Part shown: in pieces, positions 37,416-47,275 of the stretch
How positions within the stretch are numbered: position 1 is the first letter of the stretch
Layout: each line of letters starts with the position of its first letter
Assembly: GCA_947488935.1 (NCBI GenBank)
Contig: CANLBN010000005.1
Coordinates: forward strand, 80,675 to 144,674
Length of the DNA stretch: 64,000 nucleotides
Source of the DNA: an uncultured Pseudomonadales bacterium
GTDB lineage: Bacteria > Pseudomonadota > Gammaproteobacteria > Pseudomonadales > Cellvibrionaceae
Direction of reading: 5' to 3'
Program-made: the position numbers and the translations under genes
The notes under the pieces: model-generated
Databases searched by the model: none
What the model saw: only the letters and a program-made list of their open reading frames with translations
What the model was told of the DNA's origin: nothing

Positions 37416-38219
37416 TTATTGGGGCGTTGTTTTTTCTGCTGGTTTTTTACTTAAGGATTTTTTGAGTTGCAAGCGAAGTTTAGCTTCTATTTCGGGTAGG
37501 TATTGTGCAATAAGATTATCAATTAAGCGGTCAATATCGTCTTTTGGTTTTGCTGCTGTACCGATTGTATCGGTCGCTTTAGTTGGTGAGGTTTCGTTGT
37601 CAGGGATTTTGTTAAATGCATCCTCTAGCGTTTGTTCTTTATTGTCCAAAAAGCTATTTGCACTAAAAAAATGCTTTTCTGGTTCTACCGTCGTTTTAAC
37701 GATGGGTGGTAGTACAACGGGCTTCTCTATTTTACTGGTATCCCCAGCCAAAATTGCTTCTAAATCAGAAGGTTTGGTCAGGCGGTCTCGAATATGCTTG
37801 GGCAAAAAAGGGTTTTCGTTAGTATTGGTGTGGGGTTTTTGTTGGTTTTCCTCTTCTACCTCGTGGTTTTCTTCTTTTTCTTTGTCCTTATCAAATAAAG
37901 ACCGTTGGCCAGGTAAGACATTACTCAGTGTCTGTTCTGCTTGTGTGTTTTCCTGTTCAGTAGGTTCACTACCGTGTTTATCTGCGTCGGTCTCAAGGGG
38001 ATGTTTTATGAGAGGCTCGTCTTCTATGACCATCTCGTTAAGCACGGGGATTTCTATCGATGCATCGATATTTTCCGCGAGAAGCTCTTGATCCGACTTC
38101 GCTCTATGTGCACGGGGATCAGTGAAACTATCATCATCTATAAAATCACTATCAAGGAGGTCTTTGATAGATTCTAATTCGGTGACTAGTTCTTCTTGTT
38201 TTTTTTGTTTGTCTTCCAT
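37416..38219 (-). CDS. Acidic, low-complexity hypothetical protein between holC and valS
   Basis: 267 aa, rich in D/E/K/P and co-oriented with holC and valS. The + strand 231-aa ORF (37396..38091) is S/L/F/C-rich, as expected for the antisense of an acidic gene. Confidence 0.6.
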   Translation of the reverse strand: MEDKQKKQEELVTELESIKDLLDSDFIDDDSFTDPRAHRAKSDQELLAENIDASIEIPVLNEMVIEDEPLIKHPLETDADKHGSEPTEQENTQAEQTLSNVLPGQRSLFDKDKEKEENHEVEEENQQKPHTNTNENPFLPKHIRDRLTKPSDLEAILAGDTSKIEKPVVLPPIVKTTVEPEKHFFSANSFLDNKEQTLEDAFNKIPDNETSPTKATDTIGTAAKPKDDIDRLIDNLIAQYLPEIEAKLRLQLKKSLSKKPAEKTTPQ

Positions 38220-38310
38220 AGAAATAACTATTCTTATTTCGTTAATGTGTTAGGGGTAACTCTGCTCTTACCACCTGTTTAGAGGCCCCTTAAGTAAGCA
38301 GTGACCAATA

Positions 38311-38769
38311 TTATCCCACAGTATGTGATTTTAAGGGATAGCCTCGCTCTCGGTAAAATTGAAAGTGTGAACGAGTTGCCTTTAAACAGGCATCTTCTTG
38401 AATAACAATTTCAAAGGTCCGTTGGTAACGGCTAAATCCTTCTGGGATCTTCTGGCTCAAATTGATCAAGACATCATGGTATTTTTCGTTATCTTTACCC
38501 CATAATAGTGCAATAGGTACTTGCCGGCTTTTATGGCTTGGGTCTTGAACGTTCGATGTTTCCTCTGTGTCTTGTAGTAAATGAGGTAAAAAACTTTCGG
38601 GCTTAAATGACCATAGATAATCACTTAATGTCTGTGCCTGCTCTTTATCGTCGAGTGCTATTGCAATATGGTGCCCTTGATTCGCTGCTTTTTCAGCTAG
38701 GCGACAGGCATAGTGAAATCGCGCTATCGCTGCTGTTTGGGTGAGCACATAAAAGTCGATCTGTGTCAT
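38311..38769 (-). CDS. holC: DNA polymerase III chi subunit
   Basis: QIDFYVL...RFHYACRLAEKAANQGHHIAI is a chi-like N-terminus. The pepA-holC-valS order is conserved. Confidence 0.88.
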   Translation of the reverse strand: MTQIDFYVLTQTAAIARFHYACRLAEKAANQGHHIAIALDDKEQAQTLSDYLWSFKPESFLPHLLQDTEETSNVQDPSHKSRQVPIALLWGKDNEKYHDVLINLSQKIPEGFSRYQRTFEIVIQEDACLKATRSHFQFYRERGYPLKSHTVG

Positions 38770-38782
38770 AGAATAAAGCTTT

Positions 38783-40273
38783 TTATTTGCTCAGTAAATA
38801 CTCACTTAATAGTGGGACGGGGCGTCCTGTTGCGCCTTTTGCCCCACCCGATAACCAGGCCGTGCCTGCAATGTCTAAGTGTGCCCATGTATATTTTTTA
38901 GTGAAACGTGATAAAAAGCATGCGGCAGTAATACTGCCTGCTGGGCGACCACCAATATTGGCAATATCAGCAAAGTTGCTATCGAGTTGCCCTTGATATT
39001 CGTCCCACATTGGCATATGCCAAGCGCGATCTCCACTTTTAATACCAGCGGCAACGAGCTCGTTTGCAAATTCATCGTCGTTACTGAATAGGCCCGTCGC
39101 ATGACCACCAAGAGCAATCACGCAAGCGCCGGTTAATGTGGCAATATCGATAACGCTTTGAGGCTTAAAGCGCTCAACATAGCTTAATGCATCGCATAAG
39201 ACTAAGCGTCCTTCGGCATCGGTATTGAGTACTTCGATGGTTTGGCCGCTCATAGAGGTAACAATATCGCCAGGTTTTGTTGCCTTGCTACCGGGCATAT
39301 TTTCGGCCGCAGCAACAACGGCAACGACATTAATTTTGGGCTGTAACTCTAATAGGGTCGTGACTGTGCCGAACACACTAGCTGCACCGCACATATCAAA
39401 TTTCATTTCATCCATGCCTGCACCTGGCTTTAGGCTAATACCGCCAGTATCGAAGGTAATACCTTTACCCACTATGGCGTGTGGCTTTTGGCTTTTGGCG
39501 GCGCCTGTATATTCCATCACAATCAATTGGGCAGGCTCATTGCTACCGGCAGACACCGAGAGTAACGAACCCATACCTAGCTCTTTCATTTGTTTTTCGG
39601 AAAGTACTTTAACGCTCAGGTTTTTGTGGGCTTTGCCCAGTTTTTTCGCTTGGCTTGCTAGATAGCTAGGCGTACAGATATTACCCGGTAAGTTACCTAA
39701 CTCGCGTGCGACATTCATACCATTGCCTATGGCGTGGCCTACGGTTAGGCCCTTGTTAGCGTCCTTAGGTGTTGCTGTTGCGTAAGTAACACTTACATTG
39801 CTTTTGGTTTTGGTGCCGGATCTGGTTTGAGCGTACTGATAACGACCATGGCTGATCGCTTCGGCGCATATACGGGCTTTTACCTTTGATGTGCAGTCTG
39901 GTATTTCTATTTCATCAAGGCAAATCACCGTTTGTTTGAGTGTGCTATTGGATAGCGCCTTACCTAAGCTGTTAGCTGCTTTACGAAACTCAGCAATACT
40001 TGTTTTATCTTTTGCGCCAAAACCTAGGATAATGGCTTTGCTAATATTTTTAGTCGGTTGATAAAGAGTAACCTGTTGCCCAACTTTGCCGCTAAACTCT
40101 CCTTGTTTGTAGAGTGTATTTATGGCGATATTGCTATCATTGCTGAGCTGTTTGGCCGTATCTGATAACTCCCCGTCGGAAAACCCTGCTACAACAATAC
40201 AGTCTGTCTTTAATGTGTCGATAGTAACTTTTTTGGCAGAAAATTTTGTATTATTGGCGACGTTGATAGACAT
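38783..40273 (-). CDS. pepA: Leucyl aminopeptidase
   Basis: VGKGITFDTGGISLKP...NTDAEGRLVLCDAL are the M17 signature motifs. Confidence 0.95.
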   Translation of the reverse strand: MSINVANNTKFSAKKVTIDTLKTDCIVVAGFSDGELSDTAKQLSNDSNIAINTLYKQGEFSGKVGQQVTLYQPTKNISKAIILGFGAKDKTSIAEFRKAANSLGKALSNSTLKQTVICLDEIEIPDCTSKVKARICAEAISHGRYQYAQTRSGTKTKSNVSVTYATATPKDANKGLTVGHAIGNGMNVARELGNLPGNICTPSYLASQAKKLGKAHKNLSVKVLSEKQMKELGMGSLLSVSAGSNEPAQLIVMEYTGAAKSQKPHAIVGKGITFDTGGISLKPGAGMDEMKFDMCGAASVFGTVTTLLELQPKINVVAVVAAAENMPGSKATKPGDIVTSMSGQTIEVLNTDAEGRLVLCDALSYVERFKPQSVIDIATLTGACVIALGGHATGLFSNDDEFANELVAAGIKSGDRAWHMPMWDEYQGQLDSNFADIANIGGRPAGSITAACFLSRFTKKYTWAHLDIAGTAWLSGGAKGATGRPVPLLSEYLLSK

Positions 40274-40421
40274 GGCATCCTCAGTATGTGTGATAGTAAT
40301 TATTGATAGGCGAAGCGTACTAATTTATAGATAAATAGAGCATTATCTTCTAAATCGGGGCTTATGCTCGGGCTTCATTCTGTTATTCTATACCATTCAT
40401 TAAACCAATGACGACTATTGC

Positions 40422-41537
40422 ATGATTATTCTGCGTTATTTAACCCGCGAAGTATTACAAACCACCACTGCTGTTAGCGTTGTGCTTGTCGTCATTATTA
40501 TGAGCGGTCGATTTGTTAAATATTTAGCCGAAGCCACCACAGGTAAGTTTGAGCCAACGGTTTTATTCTCGATTATGTACTATCGCTTACCGGGGTTTTT
40601 AGAGTTGATTATCCCTCTTGGTTTTATGGTGGCTATTATCATGGCCTATGGTCGTTTATATGCTGACCACGAGATGACGGTATTATCTTCTTGTGGCATG
40701 AGCCAGCGCCGTCTCCTCACTTATACCTTTGTACCAGGGGTTATCGTAGCAATTGTGGTTGGCCTTTGTAGCTTGTGGCTAACGCCACTGGGGCTACAAA
40801 AGTCTGAGCAAATCATTAAGCAACAAAAAAGCCGCAGCGAGTTAGACGTTGTTAAGCCGGGACGTTTTCAGGCCTCTCGTACTAATGACATAGTCACTTA
40901 TATTGAGAAGCGAAACAAAAATAAGGAGTTAGAGGGCATTTTTATAGCCAGTGCGGGGGTTGCTCAAGATAAGCCATTAACGACAGTTAAGGCAGACTCG
41001 GCAGAGCGGGTAACGCATAAGCAATATCAGCAGAATTATTTGCAGCTCAACAATGGTGTGCGTTATCAGGGGCGACCAGGCGAGGCCAATTATCGTATTA
41101 CTTATTTTGAGAAATTAGGGCAGCGCCTACCCGAACAAGACGATGCTGATTTTGTCTCTAAAAAGGTCGACTCTCAACCTACACTAGATTTACTGAGTGC
41201 TACCGGTGTTGAAAAGCAAGCCGCATTGCAGACACGCCTGTCAGCTCCTCTGATTATTTTTATTATCACAGTACTTGCTGTGGCTATGAGTTACACCACG
41301 CCAAGGCGAGGACGATATGTCATGTTGTTTCCTGCCATTCTTCTTTATTTAGTGTATCTGGTATTACTCAATAGTGCGCGCGAGGCTATCGAAGATGGGA
41401 CATTAGCAACGGTGATTGGTCTTTGGCCTGTACATCTTCTTTTTTTGGGTATTGCTTGCTTTTTGTTTGTCTGGCGTACGGGTGTTATCGGGCGCTTTTT
41501 AATTGCCTCTAAACAAAAGCAAAAACGCTATAGTTAA
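40422..41537 (+). CDS. lptF: LPS export ABC transporter permease LptF
   Basis: MIILRYLTREVLQTTTAVSVVLVVI is the YjgP/YjgQ family N-terminus. Divergent from pepA, as in E. coli. Confidence 0.92.
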   Translation: MIILRYLTREVLQTTTAVSVVLVVIIMSGRFVKYLAEATTGKFEPTVLFSIMYYRLPGFLELIIPLGFMVAIIMAYGRLYADHEMTVLSSCGMSQRRLLTYTFVPGVIVAIVVGLCSLWLTPLGLQKSEQIIKQQKSRSELDVVKPGRFQASRTNDIVTYIEKRNKNKELEGIFIASAGVAQDKPLTTVKADSAERVTHKQYQQNYLQLNNGVRYQGRPGEANYRITYFEKLGQRLPEQDDADFVSKKVDSQPTLDLLSATGVEKQAALQTRLSAPLIIFIITVLAVAMSYTTPRRGRYVMLFPAILLYLVYLVLLNSAREAIEDGTLATVIGLWPVHLLFLGIACFLFVWRTGVIGRFLIASKQKQKRYS

Positions 41538-41551
41538 TAAGTTAAACAATC

Positions 41552-42616
41552 ATGCGATTATTAAATCATTATTTATTTGGCACTATTTTATCATCGATAC
41601 TGATGGTATTACTGGTGCTTTGTTCACTCGATATATTGGCTAAGTTTATCGATGAACTCGGTGAGATTACACATAATTATACCTTTTTAGAGGTATGTAT
41701 TTATATTGGCCTAAACCTGCCTGCAAGTATTTACCAGTTTATGCCATTTGCCGCACTAGTCGGGAGTTTAATTGGTTTGGGCAGCCTTGCTTCAACTAGC
41801 GAGTTAATTGTGATGCGTGTAGCGGGGGTCAGTCTAGTGCGTTTGGCTGCCTCAATTATTAAGCCGGTTTTATTGTTGATTGTTGTTGTTGTATTACTTG
41901 CAGAATATGTTATCCCGACTGCTGAACAATATAGTGAGAATAGGCGGGATCTAAAGCGCGAGGGCGTTAGGAGTGCGCTGTCTTCTCATGAAGGTTTATG
42001 GAACCGCGAAGGCGATGCATTTATGCACTTTAATAGTGTACAAGCTAACGGAAAATTATTAGGTGTAACGCGTTATAATTTCAACAAAAATAATGAGCTG
42101 ATCTCAACCAGTTTTGCCGAGTCTGCAATTTATATCAATGGACAATGGCAAGAAGAAAATATTATAGAGACGACGCTTAGCACTAATCATATCGAACAAA
42201 AAACATATCAAATACGCCCTTGGGATATACAGTTGTCGCCAGAGTTGTTGTCCATTCTTGTACAGGAGTCCGATAGCCTGTCAATTACTAAGCTGTTTTT
42301 TTATATTGATTATCTCGAGCAGCAAAGCATAGACAATGGACGCTACAAATTATCTTTTTGGAATAAGGTACTACAGCCACTTGCGATTATTAGCCTAGTT
42401 ATTATTTCTATTTCGTTTATTTTTGGGCCTTTGCGTCAAGTAACAATGGGGTACCGCATTTTTAGTGGCGTGGTGGTTGGCATTGTTTTTCAATTAAGCC
42501 AAAACTTGCTAGGGCCGACTAGTTTGGTTTATGGGTTTCCTCCTTTTGTTGCTGTCTTGATTCCTATTTTATTCTGCTTTGGTGTAGGGTTTTTCTTGCT
42601 GTTAAGAAATAGGTAA
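41552..42616 (+). CDS. lptG: LPS export ABC transporter permease LptG
   Basis: Second YjgP/YjgQ paralogue immediately downstream of lptF, with 6 TM segments and a periplasmic beta-jellyroll segment. Confidence 0.92.
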   Translation: MRLLNHYLFGTILSSILMVLLVLCSLDILAKFIDELGEITHNYTFLEVCIYIGLNLPASIYQFMPFAALVGSLIGLGSLASTSELIVMRVAGVSLVRLAASIIKPVLLLIVVVVLLAEYVIPTAEQYSENRRDLKREGVRSALSSHEGLWNREGDAFMHFNSVQANGKLLGVTRYNFNKNNELISTSFAESAIYINGQWQEENIIETTLSTNHIEQKTYQIRPWDIQLSPELLSILVQESDSLSITKLFFYIDYLEQQSIDNGRYKLSFWNKVLQPLAIISLVIISISFIFGPLRQVTMGYRIFSGVVVGIVFQLSQNLLGPTSLVYGFPPFVAVLIPILFCFGVGFFLLLRNR

Positions 42617-42648
42617 TAGGTAGAGATAATGATATGGATATTTCAATA

Positions 42649-43584
42649 CTAATCTTGGCTAGTATAGGGAGTGTTTTTTAACTGCTCCTTTAGCCATGCT
42701 AAAAAAGCACAAATAGTAGGGTGGTTGGCTTTTTCTTTTATACAGGCAAAGTAATGAACTGCTTTTAAAGGGATTTCGCAATTAGGAAATGGGGAGACTA
42801 ATCGCCCGGCCTGTATGTCTGGTGTGCAGAGTACTCTTCTGCCTAATAGCAAGCCTGATCCATCGATAGCTGCTTGTATCGCGTGTTCTGCGTGATTGAA
42901 TCTAATGCAGCGTTGCGAGCCCAGTTGGTGATTAATCCCTCCGTGGTTGAGGGCGTCTTGCCAGCTAGGTTGTGCGGGGAAGCTCTTGAGAGAGTCATCG
43001 TAAATTAGTGTGTGATGTTTGATATTGCTTGGGTCGTTTAGGCTGTGCGCTCCTTCCAGTAAGGAGGGTGAGCATAAAGGTAGTAAGGAATCTTCAATCA
43101 ATTTTTCGGTATATAAATCCTTGTCTTCCATCGCTCCAAAGCGCACTGCTGCGTCAATATACTCATTCTGTAAATCAACAAATTTCATGCCCGCAATAAT
43201 ACGTGCATCAATACTTGGGTGTAGTTCCATAAAGCTATGTAGTTTGGGAGCCAGCCATTTAATGGTAAATGCGGGTGCTGCACTGATGTTAAGTACACCG
43301 CTATAAGGATTGGCTTGTGCCTTTTCTATACCGTTAGCGATGAGTTCGAACCCTCCTTTTATATCGATTAAACAGCGCTGAGCTGCTGGTGTTAACAGTA
43401 TCGAGCGATTCTCTCGAATAAATAATCGTACCCCTAAATATGATTCAAGTGTCTTTATCTGATAACTGATTGCCGCAGGGGTAACAAACAGCTCTTCTGC
43501 GGCTTCTTTAAAGCTTAAATGCCGTGCAGCTGCTTCAAATGCTCGAATAGAGTTTAAAGGTGGTAATTTCATCAGTGATGTCAC
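42649..43584 (-). CDS. LysR-family transcriptional regulator (GcvA-like)
   Basis: LPPLNSIRAFEAAARHLSFKEAAEELFVTPAAISYQIKTLE is the GcvA-type wHTH. The C-terminal part is a LysR substrate-binding domain. Confidence 0.88.
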   Translation of the reverse strand: MTSLMKLPPLNSIRAFEAAARHLSFKEAAEELFVTPAAISYQIKTLESYLGVRLFIRENRSILLTPAAQRCLIDIKGGFELIANGIEKAQANPYSGVLNISAAPAFTIKWLAPKLHSFMELHPSIDARIIAGMKFVDLQNEYIDAAVRFGAMEDKDLYTEKLIEDSLLPLCSPSLLEGAHSLNDPSNIKHHTLIYDDSLKSFPAQPSWQDALNHGGINHQLGSQRCIRFNHAEHAIQAAIDGSGLLLGRRVLCTPDIQAGRLVSPFPNCEIPLKAVHYFACIKEKANHPTICAFLAWLKEQLKNTPYTSQD

Positions 43585-43698
43585 TTATAGGTTTCAGATT
43601 AAATTTTTTTAACTGAAAAGCAATATTACTCGTTTGTCGGGCAATATTAAAGCAGCGAGAATAGATGGGTCGATAACGTTTGGGTACAAAGAGAGGAA

Positions 43699-43872
43699 AT
43701 GATGAAGAGGAGTAAGCCACCCGTCAATTACATTACAAGCGAAGAGTATGAGCAATACCTTGAAAGAGGGCGAAACTTACGCTCAGAAGCGCTTCGTACC
43801 TTTTTTAGGAGGATAAAATATAGAGTGTGTAAGCTCAATATCGTCAACAAAATGCGCTTAAGTAGCAATTAA
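43699..43872 (+). CDS. Possible 57-aa small protein divergent from the LysR gene
   Basis: ATG at 43699 preceded by GAGAGGA. MMKRSKPPVNYITSEEYEQYLERGRNLRSEALRTFFRRIKY... falls below the track length cutoff. No family assigned. Confidence 0.3.
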   Translation: MMKRSKPPVNYITSEEYEQYLERGRNLRSEALRTFFRRIKYRVCKLNIVNKMRLSSN

Positions 43873-43878
43873 AATAAA

Positions 43879-45735
43879 CTATTTATCCTTATGCCCAAAC
43901 TGTAACGCAGCGAGTTTTTGATAGCGCGTTGAGGTTTTTAATAATTCTTGATGTGAGCCTTCGTTAATGATCTCGCCCTTTTCCATCACTAAAATTCTAT
44001 CGGCGTGTACGATGGTGGCAAGTCGGTGAGCGATAATAATGGTGGTGCGGTTGTCCATGAGTTTAATCAGTGCTTCTTGTACGAGTTGCTCGCTTTCTGC
44101 ATCTAATGCGCTGGTTGCTTCGTCTAGTAGTAATATTTCTGGGTCGTTAAGAATGGCTCTTGCAATAATAATGCGTTGTTTTTGGCCACCACTTAGGCGT
44201 ACGCCGCGCTCTCCCAAAAAGCTATGATAACCCTCGGGTAGGTGCTCAATAAATTCGTGGGCGTGTGCGGCTTTTGCCGCATCGATAATTTTTTGCTTGG
44301 GTGCATCTGGGTCGCCATAACCAATATTATGAAATACATCAGCACTAAATAGTGTGGGTTGCTGTGGGACCATGGCCATGGGTTGTCGCACATCATCTAA
44401 CGGTAGTGAGTTTAGCGTGTTTGTGTTTAAGTGGATTGCACCTTTTTGTGGGTCGTAAAAGCGTTGCAATAATTCAAAAATAGTACTTTTACCCGCCCCA
44501 CTTGTGCCAACTAGGGCAATTGTCTCTCCACGCTTTATATCGAAAGAAATATTGTTTAATGCAAGAGTATTAGGCCGGCTAGGGTAGCTAAAGTTAACGT
44601 TTTTAAAAGAAATATGGTAATCGCTTATAGCATTATTGATGGCACTGTTATTTGTGTGTTTGTGTGATGACTCTGGCTGACGGTTAGGCGAGGTATCCAT
44701 TGTGTCAGGGGACTGAATGACGGCCTTAACCGCTAATAACTCTAATAAACGCTCTGTTGCCCCGGCCGCGCGTTGTAACTCGCCAAGCACCTCAGATACT
44801 GCGGCAACGCCACCGGCCACAATAGCGGCATAAAAAATAAAGGCCGCCAGCTCGCCACCACTCATATTGCCTGCAAGCACATCGCTAGCACCAATGTAGA
44901 TCATTACACCAATGGCCGCGAAGGAAAATAAAATAACTAGCGAGGTTAATAAGCCACGGTTAATAATACGATTTTTGGCAACGGTAAATGCGCGCTCCAC
45001 TTCTTTAGCAAATGCTGATCGTTCGGTGTCTTCTCGTGTATAGCTTTGTACAGTTTTAACTTGTTGTAAAATTTCTCCAGCATAGGTGCCGACATCGGCA
45101 ATAGTATCTTGGCTATCACGGGATAATTTACGCACGCGCTTACCAAAAATAAATACCGGTAACATGACTAAGGGCAGTGCGCCAAATACCACTAGGGTGA
45201 GTTTGATATTAGTCAGCAATAGCATGGCTAAGCCACCCAACATCATCAAAAAGGAGCGCAAGGCAAAGCTTAGGCTAGAGCCCATAATGGACTGTAATAA
45301 TGTTGTATCTGTTGTTAGGCGACTCATTAGCTCGCCTGTTCGATTTGTCTCAAAGTAGTCAGGCTCTAGGGTGATTAAGTGATTAAAAATCGCTTTACGG
45401 ATATCGGCTGTTACTCGCTCACCAATCCAGGTGACTAAATAGAATCGAGTAAATGTGCCTAGGGCCATTAAAACAATAATAATCAGAAAAATACCCAGAG
45501 TTTGGTTGAGTTTTTCTAGTGATCCACCAATAAACCCATCGTCGACAATAAGTTTAACGCCTTGACCTAAAGATAAGTTGAGCCCCGCTGTAAACAACAG
45601 TGTGCAACACGCCGCGAGCAATACCCAGCGATAGGGTTTAAGAAAAGGCCAAAGCTCTAAGAGATTGCCAAGCCCTGATTTAGTAACCGTTGCTTGTTGA
45701 GGTGTTTGTTTGTCTTGTGAGTTTATAGCGGTCAT
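43879..45735 (-). CDS. ABC transporter, fused permease/ATP-binding (ABCB/MsbA-like exporter)
   Basis: Six-TM domain, then Walker A GTSGAGKST, signature LSGGQKQR and Walker B ILLLDEATSALD. Confidence 0.9.
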   Translation of the reverse strand: MTAINSQDKQTPQQATVTKSGLGNLLELWPFLKPYRWVLLAACCTLLFTAGLNLSLGQGVKLIVDDGFIGGSLEKLNQTLGIFLIIIVLMALGTFTRFYLVTWIGERVTADIRKAIFNHLITLEPDYFETNRTGELMSRLTTDTTLLQSIMGSSLSFALRSFLMMLGGLAMLLLTNIKLTLVVFGALPLVMLPVFIFGKRVRKLSRDSQDTIADVGTYAGEILQQVKTVQSYTREDTERSAFAKEVERAFTVAKNRIINRGLLTSLVILFSFAAIGVMIYIGASDVLAGNMSGGELAAFIFYAAIVAGGVAAVSEVLGELQRAAGATERLLELLAVKAVIQSPDTMDTSPNRQPESSHKHTNNSAINNAISDYHISFKNVNFSYPSRPNTLALNNISFDIKRGETIALVGTSGAGKSTIFELLQRFYDPQKGAIHLNTNTLNSLPLDDVRQPMAMVPQQPTLFSADVFHNIGYGDPDAPKQKIIDAAKAAHAHEFIEHLPEGYHSFLGERGVRLSGGQKQRIIIARAILNDPEILLLDEATSALDAESEQLVQEALIKLMDNRTTIIIAHRLATIVHADRILVMEKGEIINEGSHQELLKTSTRYQKLAALQFGHKDK

Positions 45736-45738
45736 GGG

Positions 45739-46590
45739 TTAGCGTATCTTTTGGTAGGCGTATAATAAAAAGTCAGCATTATCGTTAAGTGTGTGTGTAG
45801 CCTTAAGGCGATCTGCAGCGTCTTGATTTATACGTTGCCCATGAGGTGTCATGCTCACCAAATTCATAATTTCGTCATTAGAGTTGAGTGACAGTGGGAT
45901 TGTGAGTGCTGTTTTTTTTGAGAGTGAGAAGTCCTCGTTAAAATAATCAACATGCTTTTCAACTTGATAAGGTCTTACCTCTGAATAAATAAGCTCGCGT
46001 AAACCCAGTAAATGATTTGGCCCAGGCCCCGCGTAAATAACAATACCGCCGGGTTTTAATAAGCGGGAGAATTCATTGGGCTCGACGCGTGAAAAAACGC
46101 TAATAATGCAATCGAATGTGCCTGTTTGATAAGGTGCTCTGGCACTTGAGGCAACCGCCCACTCTATATTTTTGTATCTGCTAGCCGCTGCCGCAATAGC
46201 GGGTTTACTAATATCAAAACCAAAAGCATTAATGGGTTTAGAGTCTGGGCTTTTATTGGGGATAGCCTTTGATACTGCATAATCAAGGTAGAACCCTTCG
46301 CCGCAGCCAGCGTCGAGAATATGCTGAGGTTCCTTTGCAAGAATAAGCTCTGCTATCTTATTGGCAAAATCGTCGTAATGGCCAGCATCTAAAAAGCGAC
46401 GTCGGCCCTCGACCATTTTACTATCATCACCAGGCTGTTTTGACTTTTTATGTTGAGCGAGCAATAAATTAATATAGCCTTTTTTATGACGATCAAAATT
46501 ATGCCCCTGTTGGCAGCTAAGGCTATTTATCGATGACATACTCTCTTGCAGAGCGCAGTGACAAACAGGGCAGTTATAAATAGATGTCAT
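45739..46590 (-). CDS. rlmA: 23S rRNA (guanine745-N1)-methyltransferase
   Basis: CPVCHCAL...CQQGHNFDRHKKGYINLL...RRRFLDAGHY...LDAGCGEGFY is colinear with E. coli RlmA (Zn-finger plus SAM motif). Confidence 0.85.
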   Translation of the reverse strand: MTSIYNCPVCHCALQESMSSINSLSCQQGHNFDRHKKGYINLLLAQHKKSKQPGDDSKMVEGRRRFLDAGHYDDFANKIAELILAKEPQHILDAGCGEGFYLDYAVSKAIPNKSPDSKPINAFGFDISKPAIAAAASRYKNIEWAVASSARAPYQTGTFDCIISVFSRVEPNEFSRLLKPGGIVIYAGPGPNHLLGLRELIYSEVRPYQVEKHVDYFNEDFSLSKKTALTIPLSLNSNDEIMNLVSMTPHGQRINQDAADRLKATHTLNDNADFLLYAYQKIR

Positions 46591-46601
46591 AGAAGGGGTT
46601 T

Positions 46602-47201
46602 TTACCAGACTAAATCATCGGGTATTTCAAACTGAGCATAATAGTCGTCGTCGGACTGATCCGCAGAGTCAGTTGTTTCAGTCTGTTGATTGCTGCTGGT
46701 CGTTGTACTCGAAGAGTTAGCGCTTGGTTTTTGGTTATAAACGACAATAACCTCTTGGTCTCGTTCGCGTATTTTATCGGCAATAGGCTTGGGTATCACT
46801 TCGTATGTCTCGCCAATGCGAACGATACATAGGCGACCTCTTGCGATCTCGTTCGAGATCTCACTACTGACAACTATTTTTTTGATGAGGGAGTTATCGG
46901 TAAAGTTGTAGTCAGTGTCGCCTTTTTTGCGGTCCAGTTTATAGTGGTTAACGAGTTGGCTAATTTGTGCGGCAATTGACTTTTTCTCTGCCTCGGCATT
47001 GCGCTGCTGGTTGAGCTCTTGATCGCGTTTTAGTTTGTCCTGTTGTGCTTTTTGGGCAGCTAGCTGTGCTTCATTTAAGGAGTTATCTTTAGATTTTTTT
47101 TGGACTTTCTTTTGCTTGCGGTTATCTTTTGATATTTTTTTTGCTTTTTTACTATCAATAAGACCGGCGCCCATTAGTTGATCTTGAAGAGATTTTGCCA
47201 T
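46602..47201 (-). CDS. DUF2058 (YaiL-like) protein
   Basis: The N-terminus SLQDQLMGAGLIDSKKAKK, followed by a K/Q-rich charged segment, is typical of DUF2058. Confidence 0.75.
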   Translation of the reverse strand: MAKSLQDQLMGAGLIDSKKAKKISKDNRKQKKVQKKSKDNSLNEAQLAAQKAQQDKLKRDQELNQQRNAEAEKKSIAAQISQLVNHYKLDRKKGDTDYNFTDNSLIKKIVVSSEISNEIARGRLCIVRIGETYEVIPKPIADKIRERDQEVIVVYNQKPSANSSSTTTSSNQQTETTDSADQSDDDYYAQFEIPDDLVW

Positions 47202-47275
47202 ACAGCACCATAAGTAAAGTTTGTGGGTAATGCATATATTTTATGCGTATTAATACTTCAATACTACCTCGAAAA

